Of a stretch of DNA of 32,000 bases, positions 8,032 through 19,246 are shown piece after piece. The position numbers were made by a program, and so were the translations under genes. Numbering within the stretch: position 1 is the first letter of the stretch; every line of letters starts with the position of its first letter. The DNA is from Psychrobacter cryohalolentis K5 (GTDB lineage: Bacteria; Pseudomonadota; Gammaproteobacteria; Pseudomonadales; Moraxellaceae): the NCBI RefSeq assembly GCF_000013905.1, contig NC_007969.1:750001-782000 (forward strand), written 5' to 3'. Below the pieces are notes generated by a model, which was not told where the DNA came from, made no database searches, and worked only from the letters and a program-made list of their open reading frames with translations.

Positions 8032-8928
8032 ATGTCAATTGCGTCTATTACGTCAACTGCCCAAGGATCTGCTACCGTTTTGGACGGTAAAGCACTTGCT
8101 AAACAAATAGAACAGCAACTGCGCACGCGTGTAGACGCTATTAAAGCTAAGACAGGACGTACACCAAGCTTAGCGACGATATTGGTCGGTGACGATCCAG
8201 CTTCTGCGACTTATGTACGTATGAAAGGTAATGCTTGTAAGCGTGTCGGCATGGATTCTATTCGGGTTGAGATGCCAAGTGTAACGACGACTGCAGAGTT
8301 GATGGCAAAAATATACGAGCTGAATAGCAGTCCAGATGTTCATGGGATTTTGCTGCAGCACCCAGTACCGGCTCATATTGATGAGCGTGCTTGCTTTGAG
8401 AAGATTGACTTGGCAAAAGACGTCGATGGTGTGACCTGTCTTGGCTTTGGTCGTATGGCAATGCAGCAGTCCGCTTATGGCTCATGTACCCCGCAAGGTA
8501 TCATGCATTTACTAGAGCAGCATAATATTGAGCTGGCTGGTTTGGAGGCCGTGGTAGTGGGTCGTAGTGCAATTTTAGGTAAACCAATGGCAATGATGCT
8601 ATTAAATGCCAACTGTACAGTAACAATCTGCCATTCAAGAACGCAAGATTTAGAGTCTCATATTAAACGTGCTGATATCATAGTTGGAGCAGTAGGTGTA
8701 CCTGAGCTGATCAAAGCTGATTGGATTAAAGCAGGCGCGGTAGTCATCGATGCAGGATTCCATCCGACTGATAATGGCGGCGTCGGTGATATCGAGCTGC
8801 AAGGTGTAGAAAATATTGCCAGTGCTTATACACCAGTCCCAGGCGGCGTTGGGCCTATGACGATTAATACGCTTATTCGCCAGACCGTTGATGCTGCTGA
8901 AAAAGCTGCCGGTTTAGACAATAGTTAA
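8032..8928 (+). CDS. folD: Bifunctional methylenetetrahydrofolate dehydrogenase / methenyltetrahydrofolate cyclohydrolase
   Basis: [15 protein letters not shown]..., [46 protein letters not shown] and [10 protein letters not shown] are canonical FolD motifs. The ATG at 8032 is preceded by GGAG; the longer ORF from 7984 is probably an upstream extension. Confidence 0.95.
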
Positions 8929-9032
8929 TCATAAGAGCATGGATTGCCGATAGATAAGGAGCCTGAGACTTCACAGTAGACAGCACAAAGACTCAGGCTA
9001 AATCAACCCCCTTACCGTTGATAGGATCTAAC

Positions 9033-9530
9033 ATGGCTAAAAATAACGTGGGTATTCATGAGCGATTACAAGGTATTGGTAGAGAGTTCGTCGATGTCTC
9101 TCATTACATAATCTTATTTTTAATCAGTGTAGTGGTAGTTTGGACAGCGGGCAAAGAATTCTTTGTGATCTTTCAAAAAGGTTCAGCGGATTTGAAAGAC
9201 ATCTTATTGCTCTTTATTTATCTAGAGCTGTTAGCGATGATTGGGATCTATTTTAAGACTCATCGTTTGCCAGTGCAGTTCTTGATATTTATTGCGATTA
9301 CGGCTTTATCGCGACATCTAGTCGTCGATGTACAGGCAGTATCAGATAACTTTCACTTATGGCTGCTAGCAACGATTTCCTTTGCCATTATGGTGCTGAG
9401 TGCGTCAATTGTTATATTAACTTGGACAGCTAAGATGTTTGGGCGACCAGAAGATTATTTGAAAGACCATCAAGTGACCAGTACTGAGCATCACTTGCCT
9501 TGTGTTGATAATGAACAGTCTCTTAAATAA
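9033..9530 (+). CDS. PsiE-like (phosphate-starvation-inducible E family) small membrane protein
   Basis: About 165 aa with four hydrophobic segments. The N-terminus (FVDVSHYIILFLISVVVVWTAGKEF) resembles PsiE-family proteins. The assignment is by resemblance only. Confidence 0.5.
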   Translation: MAKNNVGIHERLQGIGREFVDVSHYIILFLISVVVVWTAGKEFFVIFQKGSADLKDILLLFIYLELLAMIGIYFKTHRLPVQFLIFIAITALSRHLVVDVQAVSDNFHLWLLATISFAIMVLSASIVILTWTAKMFGRPEDYLKDHQVTSTEHHLPCVDNEQSLK

Positions 9531-9605
9531 TTATTTTCGATAAATATCATGAATAAAGGGATGATAGGTGTCGATGAGTTACTAACGATAGTTAATATCT
9601 GTTAA

Positions 9606-9646
9606 TAAAAAAAGAGCTTCTATATATATGGAAGCTCTTTTTTTAT
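9606..9646. terminator. Bidirectional rho-independent terminator between the convergent psiE-like gene and corA
   Basis: AAAAAAGAGCTTC - TATATATATG - GAAGCTCTTTTTT forms a stem flanked by an A-run and a T-run. Confidence 0.85.
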
Positions 9647-9659
9647 CTAAAAAGCGGGT

Positions 9660-10874
9660 TTATAACCAGCCCAAGCGCTTAAAGTTAAGGTATAAAAAGC
9701 TACATAGTGAAATGATAACCGCCATAATGATAAAGTAAGAATATTGCCAGTGTAGCTCAGGCATAAAGTCGAAGTTCATGCCATAAATACCAGCAATCGC
9801 CGTCGGTACTGCCAAAATACCTGCCCAAGCCGCAAGCTTGCGAACCACCTCATTCTGTCCCATATTTACCATAGCGAGATATGTATTCATCACCACACTG
9901 AGCATCTCATTTAAACCATTGATGGCATCTAAAGAATGCAGTAAATGGTCATTCACATCTCGAAAGTAGGGCTTTGCAGCGTGCGAAAATGGTGAGACCA
10001 AATCGCTTTTTTGATGGTTTATAAAAAAGCTACAGATATCCTGCACTGGTAAAATAACTGCACGCATATGCACCAATTGTGATTTTAATTCATATAGATT
10101 TCTAAGCGTTTCTTTATTAAATTCATAAGTAAAAATATTGCGCTCTTGCTCACGTAAATAGCTGCCTAAGCGGTCGGTCACTGGCATATAGTTATCGACG
10201 ATAAAATCAATTACAGCGTGCAAGACAAATATAGGTCCCATACGCAGTTTTTCAGGGCGTCGATTGCAGTGCTCACGTACCGGCGCATAGGAGTTAGAAG
10301 GACCATTACGAATCGTAATCAGATAGTTCTTGCCCATAAATATCGCCGTAGTACCGTAGCGGATGACATTGCCTTCAAGCTTAGCGGTACGTAATACCAC
10401 AAATATCGTATCGTTATCATAACTTTCAACTTTGGCGCGTTGATGGTCAGCAAAGGCATCTTCGATTGAAAGCTCGTGCAGATCAAAGGCTTCTTTTACC
10501 TCGGATATTGTCTGCAGGCTAGGCTCATAAAGACCTAACCAGATAAACTGACCACTATTGCTCAAGGCGCGACTGACATCCCTGAGCGCTATTTTGTTCA
10601 GCTGTTCACCCGTTTTACGGGAATAAGCATAACAATTGACCACTTCATTAGCACTGAGTGGCTCAATATCCTCATAGCGCTCAGAATCTGGATCATAGAC
10701 GGTCATGGTCTCAATAGTGTCCTCGACCGTCGCATCAGAATCGCCATAGATATAGCTGTCATAATTGTCTAGATAGGAGTGCTCGTCTATGACAGTGGCG
10801 TCAATAAGACTGACATTAGACTCAGGTGTGATACGCGTTGCCGTTTTGACAATCAGGTCATCATCTTGGTTCAT
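9660..10874 (-). CDS. corA: CorA-family Mg2+/Co2+ transporter with an acidic N-terminal extension
   Basis: The C-terminus has two TM helices with the signature YGMNFDFMPEL (GMN motif). The 404-aa protein is longer than typical CorA because of a D/E-rich N-terminus. Confidence 0.9.
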   Translation of the reverse strand: MNQDDDLIVKTATRITPESNVSLIDATVIDEHSYLDNYDSYIYGDSDATVEDTIETMTVYDPDSERYEDIEPLSANEVVNCYAYSRKTGEQLNKIALRDVSRALSNSGQFIWLGLYEPSLQTISEVKEAFDLHELSIEDAFADHQRAKVESYDNDTIFVVLRTAKLEGNVIRYGTTAIFMGKNYLITIRNGPSNSYAPVREHCNRRPEKLRMGPIFVLHAVIDFIVDNYMPVTDRLGSYLREQERNIFTYEFNKETLRNLYELKSQLVHMRAVILPVQDICSFFINHQKSDLVSPFSHAAKPYFRDVNDHLLHSLDAINGLNEMLSVVMNTYLAMVNMGQNEVVRKLAAWAGILAVPTAIAGIYGMNFDFMPELHWQYSYFIIMAVIISLCSFLYLNFKRLGWL

Positions 10875-10935
10875 ACCTACTCCTTCTGTCTAAGTATAAA
10901 AATAAATATAAAATAACTTCTGCAACTGATACGGA

Positions 10936-11325
10936 TTACAAGGCAAAGTGTTTTAACGTATCAATATCGACCAAATTTAATAAGCTCTCATGACATGCTT
11001 CAAGCTTGATTTGTGGTGCCATGCCTAAATCGAGTGCTTCAACCCAACGTAGCGCGCAAATACACCAGTAGTCACCAGGTTGTAGACCGGCGAAACCATA
11101 CTCGGGCAGTGGCGTTATCAAATCGTTACCGCGACTGGCTGAAAAATTTAAAAACTCGCTGGTCATTTTGGCGCAAACGGTATGTTGACCAACATCATGG
11201 TTGCCCGTATGACAAAAGCCATTACGATAATAACCGGTAAGCGGATCAAAACAACAGCTGGCTAGGGCAGTGCCAAGCACATTGGCTTGGTTGGTAGCAG
11301 GATTTGGATGATAATCAGATGACAT
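10936..11325 (-). CDS. DUF2237 family protein
   Basis: NVLGTALASCCFDPLTGYYRNGFCHTGNHDVGQHTVCAKMTSEFLNFS matches the Cys-rich DUF2237 pattern. The ATG at 11325 (MSSDYHP...) is preceded by GGAAG; the ORF-track start at 11400 is probably an extension. Confidence 0.7.
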   Translation of the reverse strand: MSSDYHPNPATNQANVLGTALASCCFDPLTGYYRNGFCHTGNHDVGQHTVCAKMTSEFLNFSASRGNDLITPLPEYGFAGLQPGDYWCICALRWVEALDLGMAPQIKLEACHESLLNLVDIDTLKHFAL

Positions 11326-11832
11326 AAGGCTTCCAAAATAAAAATATAGGCTAGTGTAACATGAGTGCACATCTAAGACGTTATTCAACGATAGATGCAA
11401 CAGATAGTTAAAGGAAATATTGCGCCGTTAACACTATATTGTCTCTATAGAAATACGGTATTTATGATGATAAATCTGTCATAAAAAAGACAGTTTTTAA
11501 GGTTAATAGAATAAATTAGATGGCGATTGCCGTTAATTGTCACTAGGCGAAGCTTAGCTGCTATGCTAAACTAAAGCATAAAGTGCCTTGATTATTTATC
11601 ATAGTTTTCTATCACATAAATTTTAGCGCATAAAGATACTCGTCTTATCATCCCAACTAATACTATTACTCACCCTTTTGCGGTTACCTAGTTTGCTTAT
11701 CAATAATTGGGTCAGTGATGTTGCGCGTGAAAAATAAAAAACGCCTGATATCTATGCAATTGGAAATATAACCTTTAAGTACCGCATCTTTACCGCGCTT
11801 TTGGTAAGCGATACGCCAAACAAGGATTTATT

Positions 11833-13137
11833 GTGTCTGCCAGTCCTGATTCTGCAAAACCTGCCCTGCAAAATACCCTCAAGCAAGCGGCTACTCAGCC
11901 CGCTGATAATACTGCCGCACCCAACCGTTTACCTTATTTAAGCAATCTTGCCAGCGATGTTGCTAATAGCTGGTTGCTGCCTGATGGGGTGGTTGATGTG
12001 TTGTTTGAAGACGCCCATAAACAAGAAGTGCTTAGACATCAATTGATCCAGCAACTTATCAGCCATGGCTATCAGTTGGTCAATCCGCCAATGATTGAGT
12101 TTACCGAATCACTACTGAGCGGTGCCTCAGAAGATCTAAAGCGTCAAACCTTTAAGATTATCGATCAGCTAACTGGTCGCTTAATGGGTATACGCGCGGA
12201 TATCACGCCGCAGATTCTACGTATTGATGCACATCATGGCGGTGATGGAATCGCGCGTTATTGCTATGCAGGCGATGTCATTCATACCTTGCCATCGGGG
12301 CTTTTTGGTTCACGTACACCGTTGCAATTAGGCGCTGAGATATTTGGTTGTGAGTACATTGCAGCAGATATTGAGCTGATTGATGTCTTATTTAGCATGC
12401 TCAATAGCCTAGAGATGAGCGCAGCATTACACGTTGATTTGGGTCATGTAGCGATATTTAAGCGCTTGGCAGAATTGGCAGTATTATCAGAAAGTGATAC
12501 TGAGCAATTGATGCAGCTTTATGCCAATAAGAACTTGCCAGAGCTTAAGCAGGTTTGCCAAGCGCTACCGCTGGGTAGCGATTTTTATACCTTGGCGCGC
12601 TTTGGTCATGACATTGCAAATCTGCTTGGAAGATTGTCAGAGAATGCGCAACAAGACGCTCAAATTGTCACAGCTATTGATGAGCTGCAACGTCTAAAAG
12701 CGCACTTGCAAGTACAGTGGCAGTGTGCGGTCAGTATCGATGTGACCGAGCTATCAGGCTATCATTATCATACGGGCATTGTGTTCAATGGTTATATCAA
12801 TAGTGAAACTCAGCCACTGGTACGTGGCGGGCGCTTTGATGGTATGAAAAGTAATCAATTAGCCACGAATCAGCCACGTCAAGCGACCGGCTTTAGTATG
12901 GATGTCAGCCGTTTGCTCGCGCATACTCAGCTTGATGCACCTGTTATTGTGCTGGTCGATTATGACGCTTTCAAGGATTTGGGTAGTGAGCAGCTGCAGC
13001 TATTATTACAGCAAGTGGCAAGCTTACGTCAGCAGGGCTATCGCGTGACCATGCCATTAACGGCAAAAGATATTCCAGTGGGTATGACTCATCGTTTAAG
13101 CCTTGTCGATAACCAATGGCAGCTACACGCAGTTTAA
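11833..13137 (+). CDS. hisZ: ATP phosphoribosyltransferase regulatory subunit (HisRS paralogue)
   Basis: It has a class II aaRS-like fold without an anticodon-binding-domain signature (RLMGIRADITPQILRID, GYHYHTGIVF, GGRFD) and lies immediately upstream of purA, as in many gammaproteobacteria. The GTG start at 11833 is preceded by AAGGA, but the N-terminus is uncertain. Confidence 0.85.
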   Translation: MSASPDSAKPALQNTLKQAATQPADNTAAPNRLPYLSNLASDVANSWLLPDGVVDVLFEDAHKQEVLRHQLIQQLISHGYQLVNPPMIEFTESLLSGASEDLKRQTFKIIDQLTGRLMGIRADITPQILRIDAHHGGDGIARYCYAGDVIHTLPSGLFGSRTPLQLGAEIFGCEYIAADIELIDVLFSMLNSLEMSAALHVDLGHVAIFKRLAELAVLSESDTEQLMQLYANKNLPELKQVCQALPLGSDFYTLARFGHDIANLLGRLSENAQQDAQIVTAIDELQRLKAHLQVQWQCAVSIDVTELSGYHYHTGIVFNGYINSETQPLVRGGRFDGMKSNQLATNQPRQATGFSMDVSRLLAHTQLDAPVIVLVDYDAFKDLGSEQLQLLLQQVASLRQQGYRVTMPLTAKDIPVGMTHRLSLVDNQWQLHAV

Positions 13138-13312
13138 CTTTGAAAATATTTAACATTTATAAATGCTATAAAAAAAGCGTTTGCTATAAAAAGATATTTA
13201 GTGATTAAGTCGTTAAAAACATACTTTGTTTAAAGTATCGTTTTTAGCATTACTTTCGTTTTGATAGGTAGTTTTAAACACTTATTGCACACACCTCAAT
13301 ATATTAAGGTAA

Positions 13313-14611
<1,299 letters not shown>

Positions 14612-14640
14612 TTGGTAAAAAAGTTACTTAGTAACAATAA

Positions 14641-14675
14641 CCTCCATTGGCTAAATGCAATGGGGGTTTTTTTAC
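14641..14675 (+). terminator. Rho-independent terminator after purA
   Basis: CCTCCATTG - GCTAAATG - CAATGGGGG is followed by TTTTTTT. Confidence 0.8.
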
Positions 14676-14876
14676 GGCATTTTTTTAAAATATTGGCACT
14701 TCTTAATTACATAAAGTCGAGATAAACGCTTTCAAAAAGGGATAAGCTTATAGTGATAAAGTGTAGTGAGATTAGTATCTCTATCAAATAGTATTTAATA
14801 AGTGAGCAAATAGCCTTGTAAAAGCAATAGGGTAAAAAGGATTTTTTTAGCCATCAATTAATAAGAGGGATCTGTT

Positions 14877-15293
14877 ATGAAAATGAATATCGTTAATCAT
14901 ACTATTGGTAAAACGTCTTTAGCGATACTGACGTCAGCGGCTTTCATGTTTCCTATGCTCTCTTGGGGCGCACAGAATTGTGATAAACCGGTTAATGACT
15001 TTGACGGATTGTACTGCTTAACCAAAGTATATTTGGAAGCAGATAAAGAGCTCAATAATTCTTATAGCAAATTGAATAAATTCTTAAGTAGTACGCAAAA
15101 ATCTAAACTCAAACGTAGGCAGTTAGCTTGGATGCGTGACCGTAATGATCAATGTAGCTATCATGATGAAGGTGGTTTTTATGTCAACATGGACTGTGCT
15201 ACCCGTACCACTATCAAACGTGTAAACTTCTTAAATGAGCGGGCACGTGAATGTAGCGCTGGCAGTTGCCGCGACAGTCGCTTAGGAGAGTAA
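14877..15293 (+). CDS. Secreted LprI/DUF1311 family protein (lysozyme-inhibitor-like)
   Basis: It has a signal peptide (MKMNIVNHTIGKTSLAILTSAAFMFPMLSWGA), then C..C and DKELNNSYSKLNKFLSSTQKSKLKRRQLAWMRDRNDQC, the DUF1311 helical signature. Confidence 0.7.
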   Translation: MKMNIVNHTIGKTSLAILTSAAFMFPMLSWGAQNCDKPVNDFDGLYCLTKVYLEADKELNNSYSKLNKFLSSTQKSKLKRRQLAWMRDRNDQCSYHDEGGFYVNMDCATRTTIKRVNFLNERARECSAGSCRDSRLGE

Positions 15294-15350
15294 TTAGCCA
15301 ATTGTACGTTTGTAAAATCCTTTGCAATGTGACTAATATTGCCTCTATAT

Positions 15351-15403
15351 AAAAAAGCTTCAAAATTATCCATTTTTACACATGGTAATTTTAAAGCTTT
15401 TTT
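15351..15403. terminator. Long AT-rich hairpin, bidirectional terminator-like
   Basis: AAAAAAGCTTCAAAATTATCCAT ... ATGGTAATTTTAAAGCTTTTTT is an imperfect stem of about 20 bp flanked by A and T runs, 58 nt after the LprI-like stop. Confidence 0.6.
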
Positions 15404-15605
15404 AAACCTTGCTTTTCTGAGCAGTTAGAGTAATTAACCCTATCATTTACAGTCCTAATCATTATAATAGGCAGCAATCATTCGCTGAGCACTTTATTTT
15501 CGTATTGCGTATCCGCATTGGACATGCATAAATGAATTCGCTCAGCGCAGTGATCACAGACAACGTAAATTATTTAACTTCTCACTTATTTATTAGGAGC
15601 TTTTC

Positions 15606-16037
15606 ATGGCTAACGAACGTACTCTATCTATCATCAAACCTGACGCAGTCGCTGGCAACAACATTGGCGCTATCTACGATCGTTTTGAAAAATCAGGTCT
15701 AAAAATTGTTGCTGCTAAAATGATGCAACTTGATGATAAAAAAGCGGGCGGTTTTTACGCTGAGCACGCTGAGCGTCCATTCTACAACGACCTAGTATCA
15801 TTTATGACGTCAGGTCCAGTACTGGTATCAGTATTAGAAGGCGAAAATGCGATCGCTACGCATCGTGATATCATGGGCGCGACTAACCCAAAAGACGCAG
15901 CTGAAGGCACTATCCGTGCTGATTTCGCTAGCAGTATCGATGAAAATGCGGTTCATGGTTCAGATTCAGCTGAATCAGCAGCACGTGAAATCAGCTACTT
16001 TTTCAATGAAGAAGAAGTGTGTGCACGTACGCGTTAA
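15606..16037 (+). CDS. ndk: Nucleoside diphosphate kinase
   Basis: [12 protein letters not shown], the [10 protein letters not shown] context and NAVHGSDS (active-site His) are present; the 143-aa length fits Ndk. Confidence 0.97.
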   Translation: MANERTLSIIKPDAVAGNNIGAIYDRFEKSGLKIVAAKMMQLDDKKAGGFYAEHAERPFYNDLVSFMTSGPVLVSVLEGENAIATHRDIMGATNPKDAAEGTIRADFASSIDENAVHGSDSAESAAREISYFFNEEEVCARTR

Positions 16038-16118
16038 TAGCAGTTTTTATTGATAGCCGCTTTTATGCATAATAGCTGTTATGCATAATAACAGTGCTAA
16101 TTAATAATTAGTGTAGCG

Positions 16119-16152
16119 AAACGGCTTATATCTTTTGGTATAAGCCGTTTTA
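16119..16152 (+). terminator. Rho-independent terminator after ndk
   Basis: AAACGGCTTATA - TCTTTTGG - TATAAGCCGTTT is followed by T. Confidence 0.75.
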
Positions 16153-16374
16153 GCTATTATAATAGTCTGACTATATATTGAAATTTTAACTTTTCTCCCT
16201 CATTATTAGTTTTATATAGCGTTATCAATCCTTTATCAGCATATTGCTTTCAGTTTTTGGTAAAAAATGCGCTCATAACGGATTGCTCATGCACTCATAT
16301 ATTGAGTACGTCTAGCAACACCCATCTCAACAATTGCATCGCTCATACCAGTAGATGCAAAAAGGTTATTTATT

Positions 16375-17616
16375 ATGTCAACTGCTCAAAGCCCTATTCA
16401 AACTGACGTCCAACATGTACCTGCTAAAACTACTAAGAGTATAAAACTGGTAGATGAAGCGCAGGCGAAAACCAATCTACTAGGTATGACACAAGCGCAA
16501 CTGGCGGATTACTTTAAGAGTATTGGCGAAAAGCCGTTTCGCTCGACGCAAGTCATCAAGTGGATATATCAGCAGGGTGTCACTGATTTTGAGCAAATGA
16601 CCAATCTGAGTAAATCTTTGCGTGATAAATTATCAGCCAATGCCTGTGTCATTCCGCCAAAAGTGATTCATCGTCAATATAGTGATGACGGCACGCGTAA
16701 ATGGGTATTTGAAGTCACGGGTGGCTCGTTGGTCGAGACCGTACTGATTCCCGCAGATGATAGTAAATTAAACGGTCGCAAAACTTTGTGTGTCTCTTCG
16801 CAAGTGGGCTGTGCGCTCGACTGTAGTTTTTGTAGTACGGGTAAGCAGGGCTTTGAGCGCGATTTGACGGCGGCTGAGATTCTTGGACAATTATGGGTGG
16901 CAAATGCCTCTTATATGACCGATGAAAACGACAGTTTAGAAAATGTTGACCATAGTTTATGGGAAAACAACGTCACCAACGTCGTCATGATGGGTATGGG
17001 TGAGCCGTTATTAAACTATCGTCCTGTTGTCAGCTCAATGGAATTGATGCTCAGTGACCATGCTTATGGTTTATCAAAGCGCCGTGTTACTTTATCGACT
17101 TCAGGTGTGGTGCCAAAAATGTATGAGTTGGCACAGGAGCTTGACGTGGCTTTAGCGATTTCATTGCACGCACCGAATGACGAGCTGCGTAATGAGTTGG
17201 TACCGATTAATAAAAAATATCCATTAGAGCAGCTCATGGCGGCGGCGAGAAATTACGTTTTTGACGTGAATCCGCGCCACAAAAAACACGTGACCATTGA
17301 ATATGTGATGTTAGATGGCGTCAATGATAGTAATGAACATGCTGAGCAATTGGTCGCATTGTTGGGTAATTTACCAAGTAAGATTAACCTGATACCGTTT
17401 AACCCGTTCCCACATGCAAATTATGATAAGTCGAGTAATAATCGTATTCATGCCTTTAGCAACATATTAAGTGAAGCAGGTTTTGTTTGTACCATTCGCC
17501 AAACGCGCGGCGATGATATTGACGCCGCTTGTGGTCAATTGGTTGGGCAAGTTGCTGACAGAACGCGTCGTTCAGCCGCATGGCAGCAAAGCATCAAGGA
17601 TCGCGAGAATAGTTAA
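16375..17616 (+). CDS. rlmN: Dual-specificity radical-SAM RNA methyltransferase RlmN (23S rRNA/tRNA m2A)
   Basis: It carries the [18 protein letters not shown] radical-SAM cluster motif (CxxxCxxC) plus MGMGEPLLN and [10 protein letters not shown], and sits at the conserved position upstream of pilW-rodZ-ispG-hisS. Confidence 0.95.
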
Positions 17617-17938
17617 TTAGGTTAATAAAAATGACTGCTATAGCTATCTAACGTAGCTATAGACGAATTGATGTATTAAAGAGAATCCTACTATAGTATT
17701 TTTTGTAGCCTCTACTATGCAGGCAGTACTAATCAATAATTTATTGTGGTAGCGTGTCGTGTTACTATCAGTCTATCTAAGCACTAAAGAGGGCTCCACC
17801 CGAGCTAGGTCGTAGGTAAATTTCACATAGTTTTTAGTCTTTTTCACACAGCTCACTCATTAAAAGTATACCAAAATAAATGACGTATCTGTATAGTGTT
17901 AAACATTAGAATATTCGTTTATTGGTAAAGAGTATTTG

Positions 17939-19246
17939 ATGAAAATCAACAAGGCGTACAAATTTAGGCTTAGCCCTAATGCAGAACAAGTGGTCATATT
18001 AACCAGTCTTGTTGACTCTGCGCGTTTTGTTTGGAATGAAATGTTGGCACTTTCGCTTGAGATGTTTGCTAAAAACGAATTTATTAATGCCATCAATTTG
18101 GTTAACAAGATTGTTGGACTGAAGAACAATCCTGAGTTTGCCTTTTTGAAATCCCGATCTAACGCCGTATCTCTACAACAAAAAGTTCGTGATCTCGCGT
18201 CAGCTTGGTCACGATTCTTTGACCCCAAAGTACATGCCAGATTTAAAGAAAGTAAAAAGAAGCCTAGAAAGCCTAAGTTTGTTAAATTGCTTGATGGAAC
18301 AGAAATTCAGCACCGACCTTTAATGCCGCAGTTTAAGCGTAATGCAGATCGCTGCGACTCAATGCGCTTGGTGCAATTTGATAAATACTGCCGTGTTGAG
18401 GGCAATCGAGTAAAGCTGCCTAACGGGGTTGGGTTTGTGAAATTTAGAAAATCCCAAGAGATTGTCGGTATCATTAAAAACGTTACCATCAGCAAGAAAT
18501 CAGGGCAATGGTATGTGTCATTTGGTACTGAGCGAGAATTACTACAAAACCCAATTCACCCCTCTAAAAGCTCACTAGGCGTTGATTTAGGCATTACTAA
18601 ACTTATTACCACCTCAGAAAATAAAACCATCAAGCCCAAAAACAGCTTTAAGGCCAATCAAGTCAAACTGGCAAAATTACAGCGTCAATTAAGTAGAAAA
18701 GTTCTATTTAGTCAAAACTGGAAAAAGCACAACCACAAAATCCAAAAGCTCCACAGCCATATTGCCAATATTCGCCATGACTACTTACATAAAGTAACCA
18801 CCACGATCAGCAAAAACCACGCCATGATTGTCGTTGAGGACTTAAAAATAGCCAATATGTCAAGGTCGGCAAGCGGTACGATGGAGAATAAAGGTCGTAA
18901 TGTCAGAGCTAAATCAGGATTAAATAAATCAATCCTAGATCAAGGTTGGGGCATGATGATTGATATGCTTGGATATAAGCAACATTGGCGCGGTGGATTA
19001 GTGATTAAGGTTAATCCAAACTACACCAGTCAAACCTGTTTTAACTGCAAACATGTTGCCAAAGAAAATAGACGGACTCAGGTAAAATTTGAGTGTGTTA
19101 AATGCATGTATGTTGCAAATGCCGACTTCAATGCGGCATGTAACATATTATCGGCAGGACATGCCGTTTTGTCTGCGGAGGGAGGATGCGGTAAAGGTCG
19201 CCCGATGATACAGAAAACTTGTGACAGCCGTGAGGAAGTCGCCTAA
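17939..19246 (+). CDS. tnpB: TnpB (InsQ/OrfB_IS605) RuvC-like RNA-guided endonuclease family protein
   Basis: The N-terminus is MKINKAYKFRLSPNAEQ. RuvC motifs are SLGVDLGITKL (D), MIVVEDLKI (E) and ANADFNAACNI (D). The zinc finger is CFNC...CVKC. The 435-aa ORF has no internal stops. Confidence 0.9.
   Translation: MKINKAYKFRLSPNAEQVVILTSLVDSARFVWNEMLALSLEMFAKNEFINAINLVNKIVGLKNNPEFAFLKSRSNAVSLQQKVRDLASAWSRFFDPKVHARFKESKKKPRKPKFVKLLDGTEIQHRPLMPQFKRNADRCDSMRLVQFDKYCRVEGNRVKLPNGVGFVKFRKSQEIVGIIKNVTISKKSGQWYVSFGTERELLQNPIHPSKSSLGVDLGITKLITTSENKTIKPKNSFKANQVKLAKLQRQLSRKVLFSQNWKKHNHKIQKLHSHIANIRHDYLHKVTTTISKNHAMIVVEDLKIANMSRSASGTMENKGRNVRAKSGLNKSILDQGWGMMIDMLGYKQHWRGGLVIKVNPNYTSQTCFNCKHVAKENRRTQVKFECVKCMYVANADFNAACNILSAGHAVLSAEGGCGKGRPMIQKTCDSREEVA

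Noticed and set aside
7902-8090. 62-aa ORF upstream of and overlapping the folD start, together with the 7984 extension of folD
   Set aside because: There is no ribosome-binding site. The sequence is low-complexity (repeated YYVNC) and overlaps the palindromic element flank. The folD ATG at 8032 has a GGAG site and gives a normal FolD N-terminus.
11326-11832. A roughly 500-bp AT-rich spacer between the divergent DUF2237 gene and hisZ; I looked for a small gene, leader peptide or riboswitch
   Set aside because: I found only tiny ORFs (8-17 codons, none His-rich) and weak 5-bp hairpins (for example 11476-11492). Nothing there can be supported beyond divergent promoter space.
16062-16110. Duplicated TTATGCATAATA motif and small palindromes after ndk
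   Set aside because: These are short, AT-rich and immediately precede the real ndk terminator (16119-16152). They are consistent with ordinary 3'-UTR sequence and too small to argue for function.
17638-17662. Perfect 9-bp hairpin CTATAGCTA/TAGCTATAG just after rlmN; I considered it as the left-end hairpin of the TnpB element
   Set aside because: It lies upstream of both candidate target motifs, whereas IS200/IS605 left-end hairpins lie inside the element. It is more simply a 3' structure of rlmN, although it lacks a T-run.
17899-18228. 109-aa minus-strand ORF overlapping the 5' end of tnpB; I considered it as a possible tnpA or partner gene
   Set aside because: It lies entirely antisense to the well-supported tnpB reading frame. 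It has no HUH/Y1 or serine-recombinase motifs and looks like a shadow ORF.
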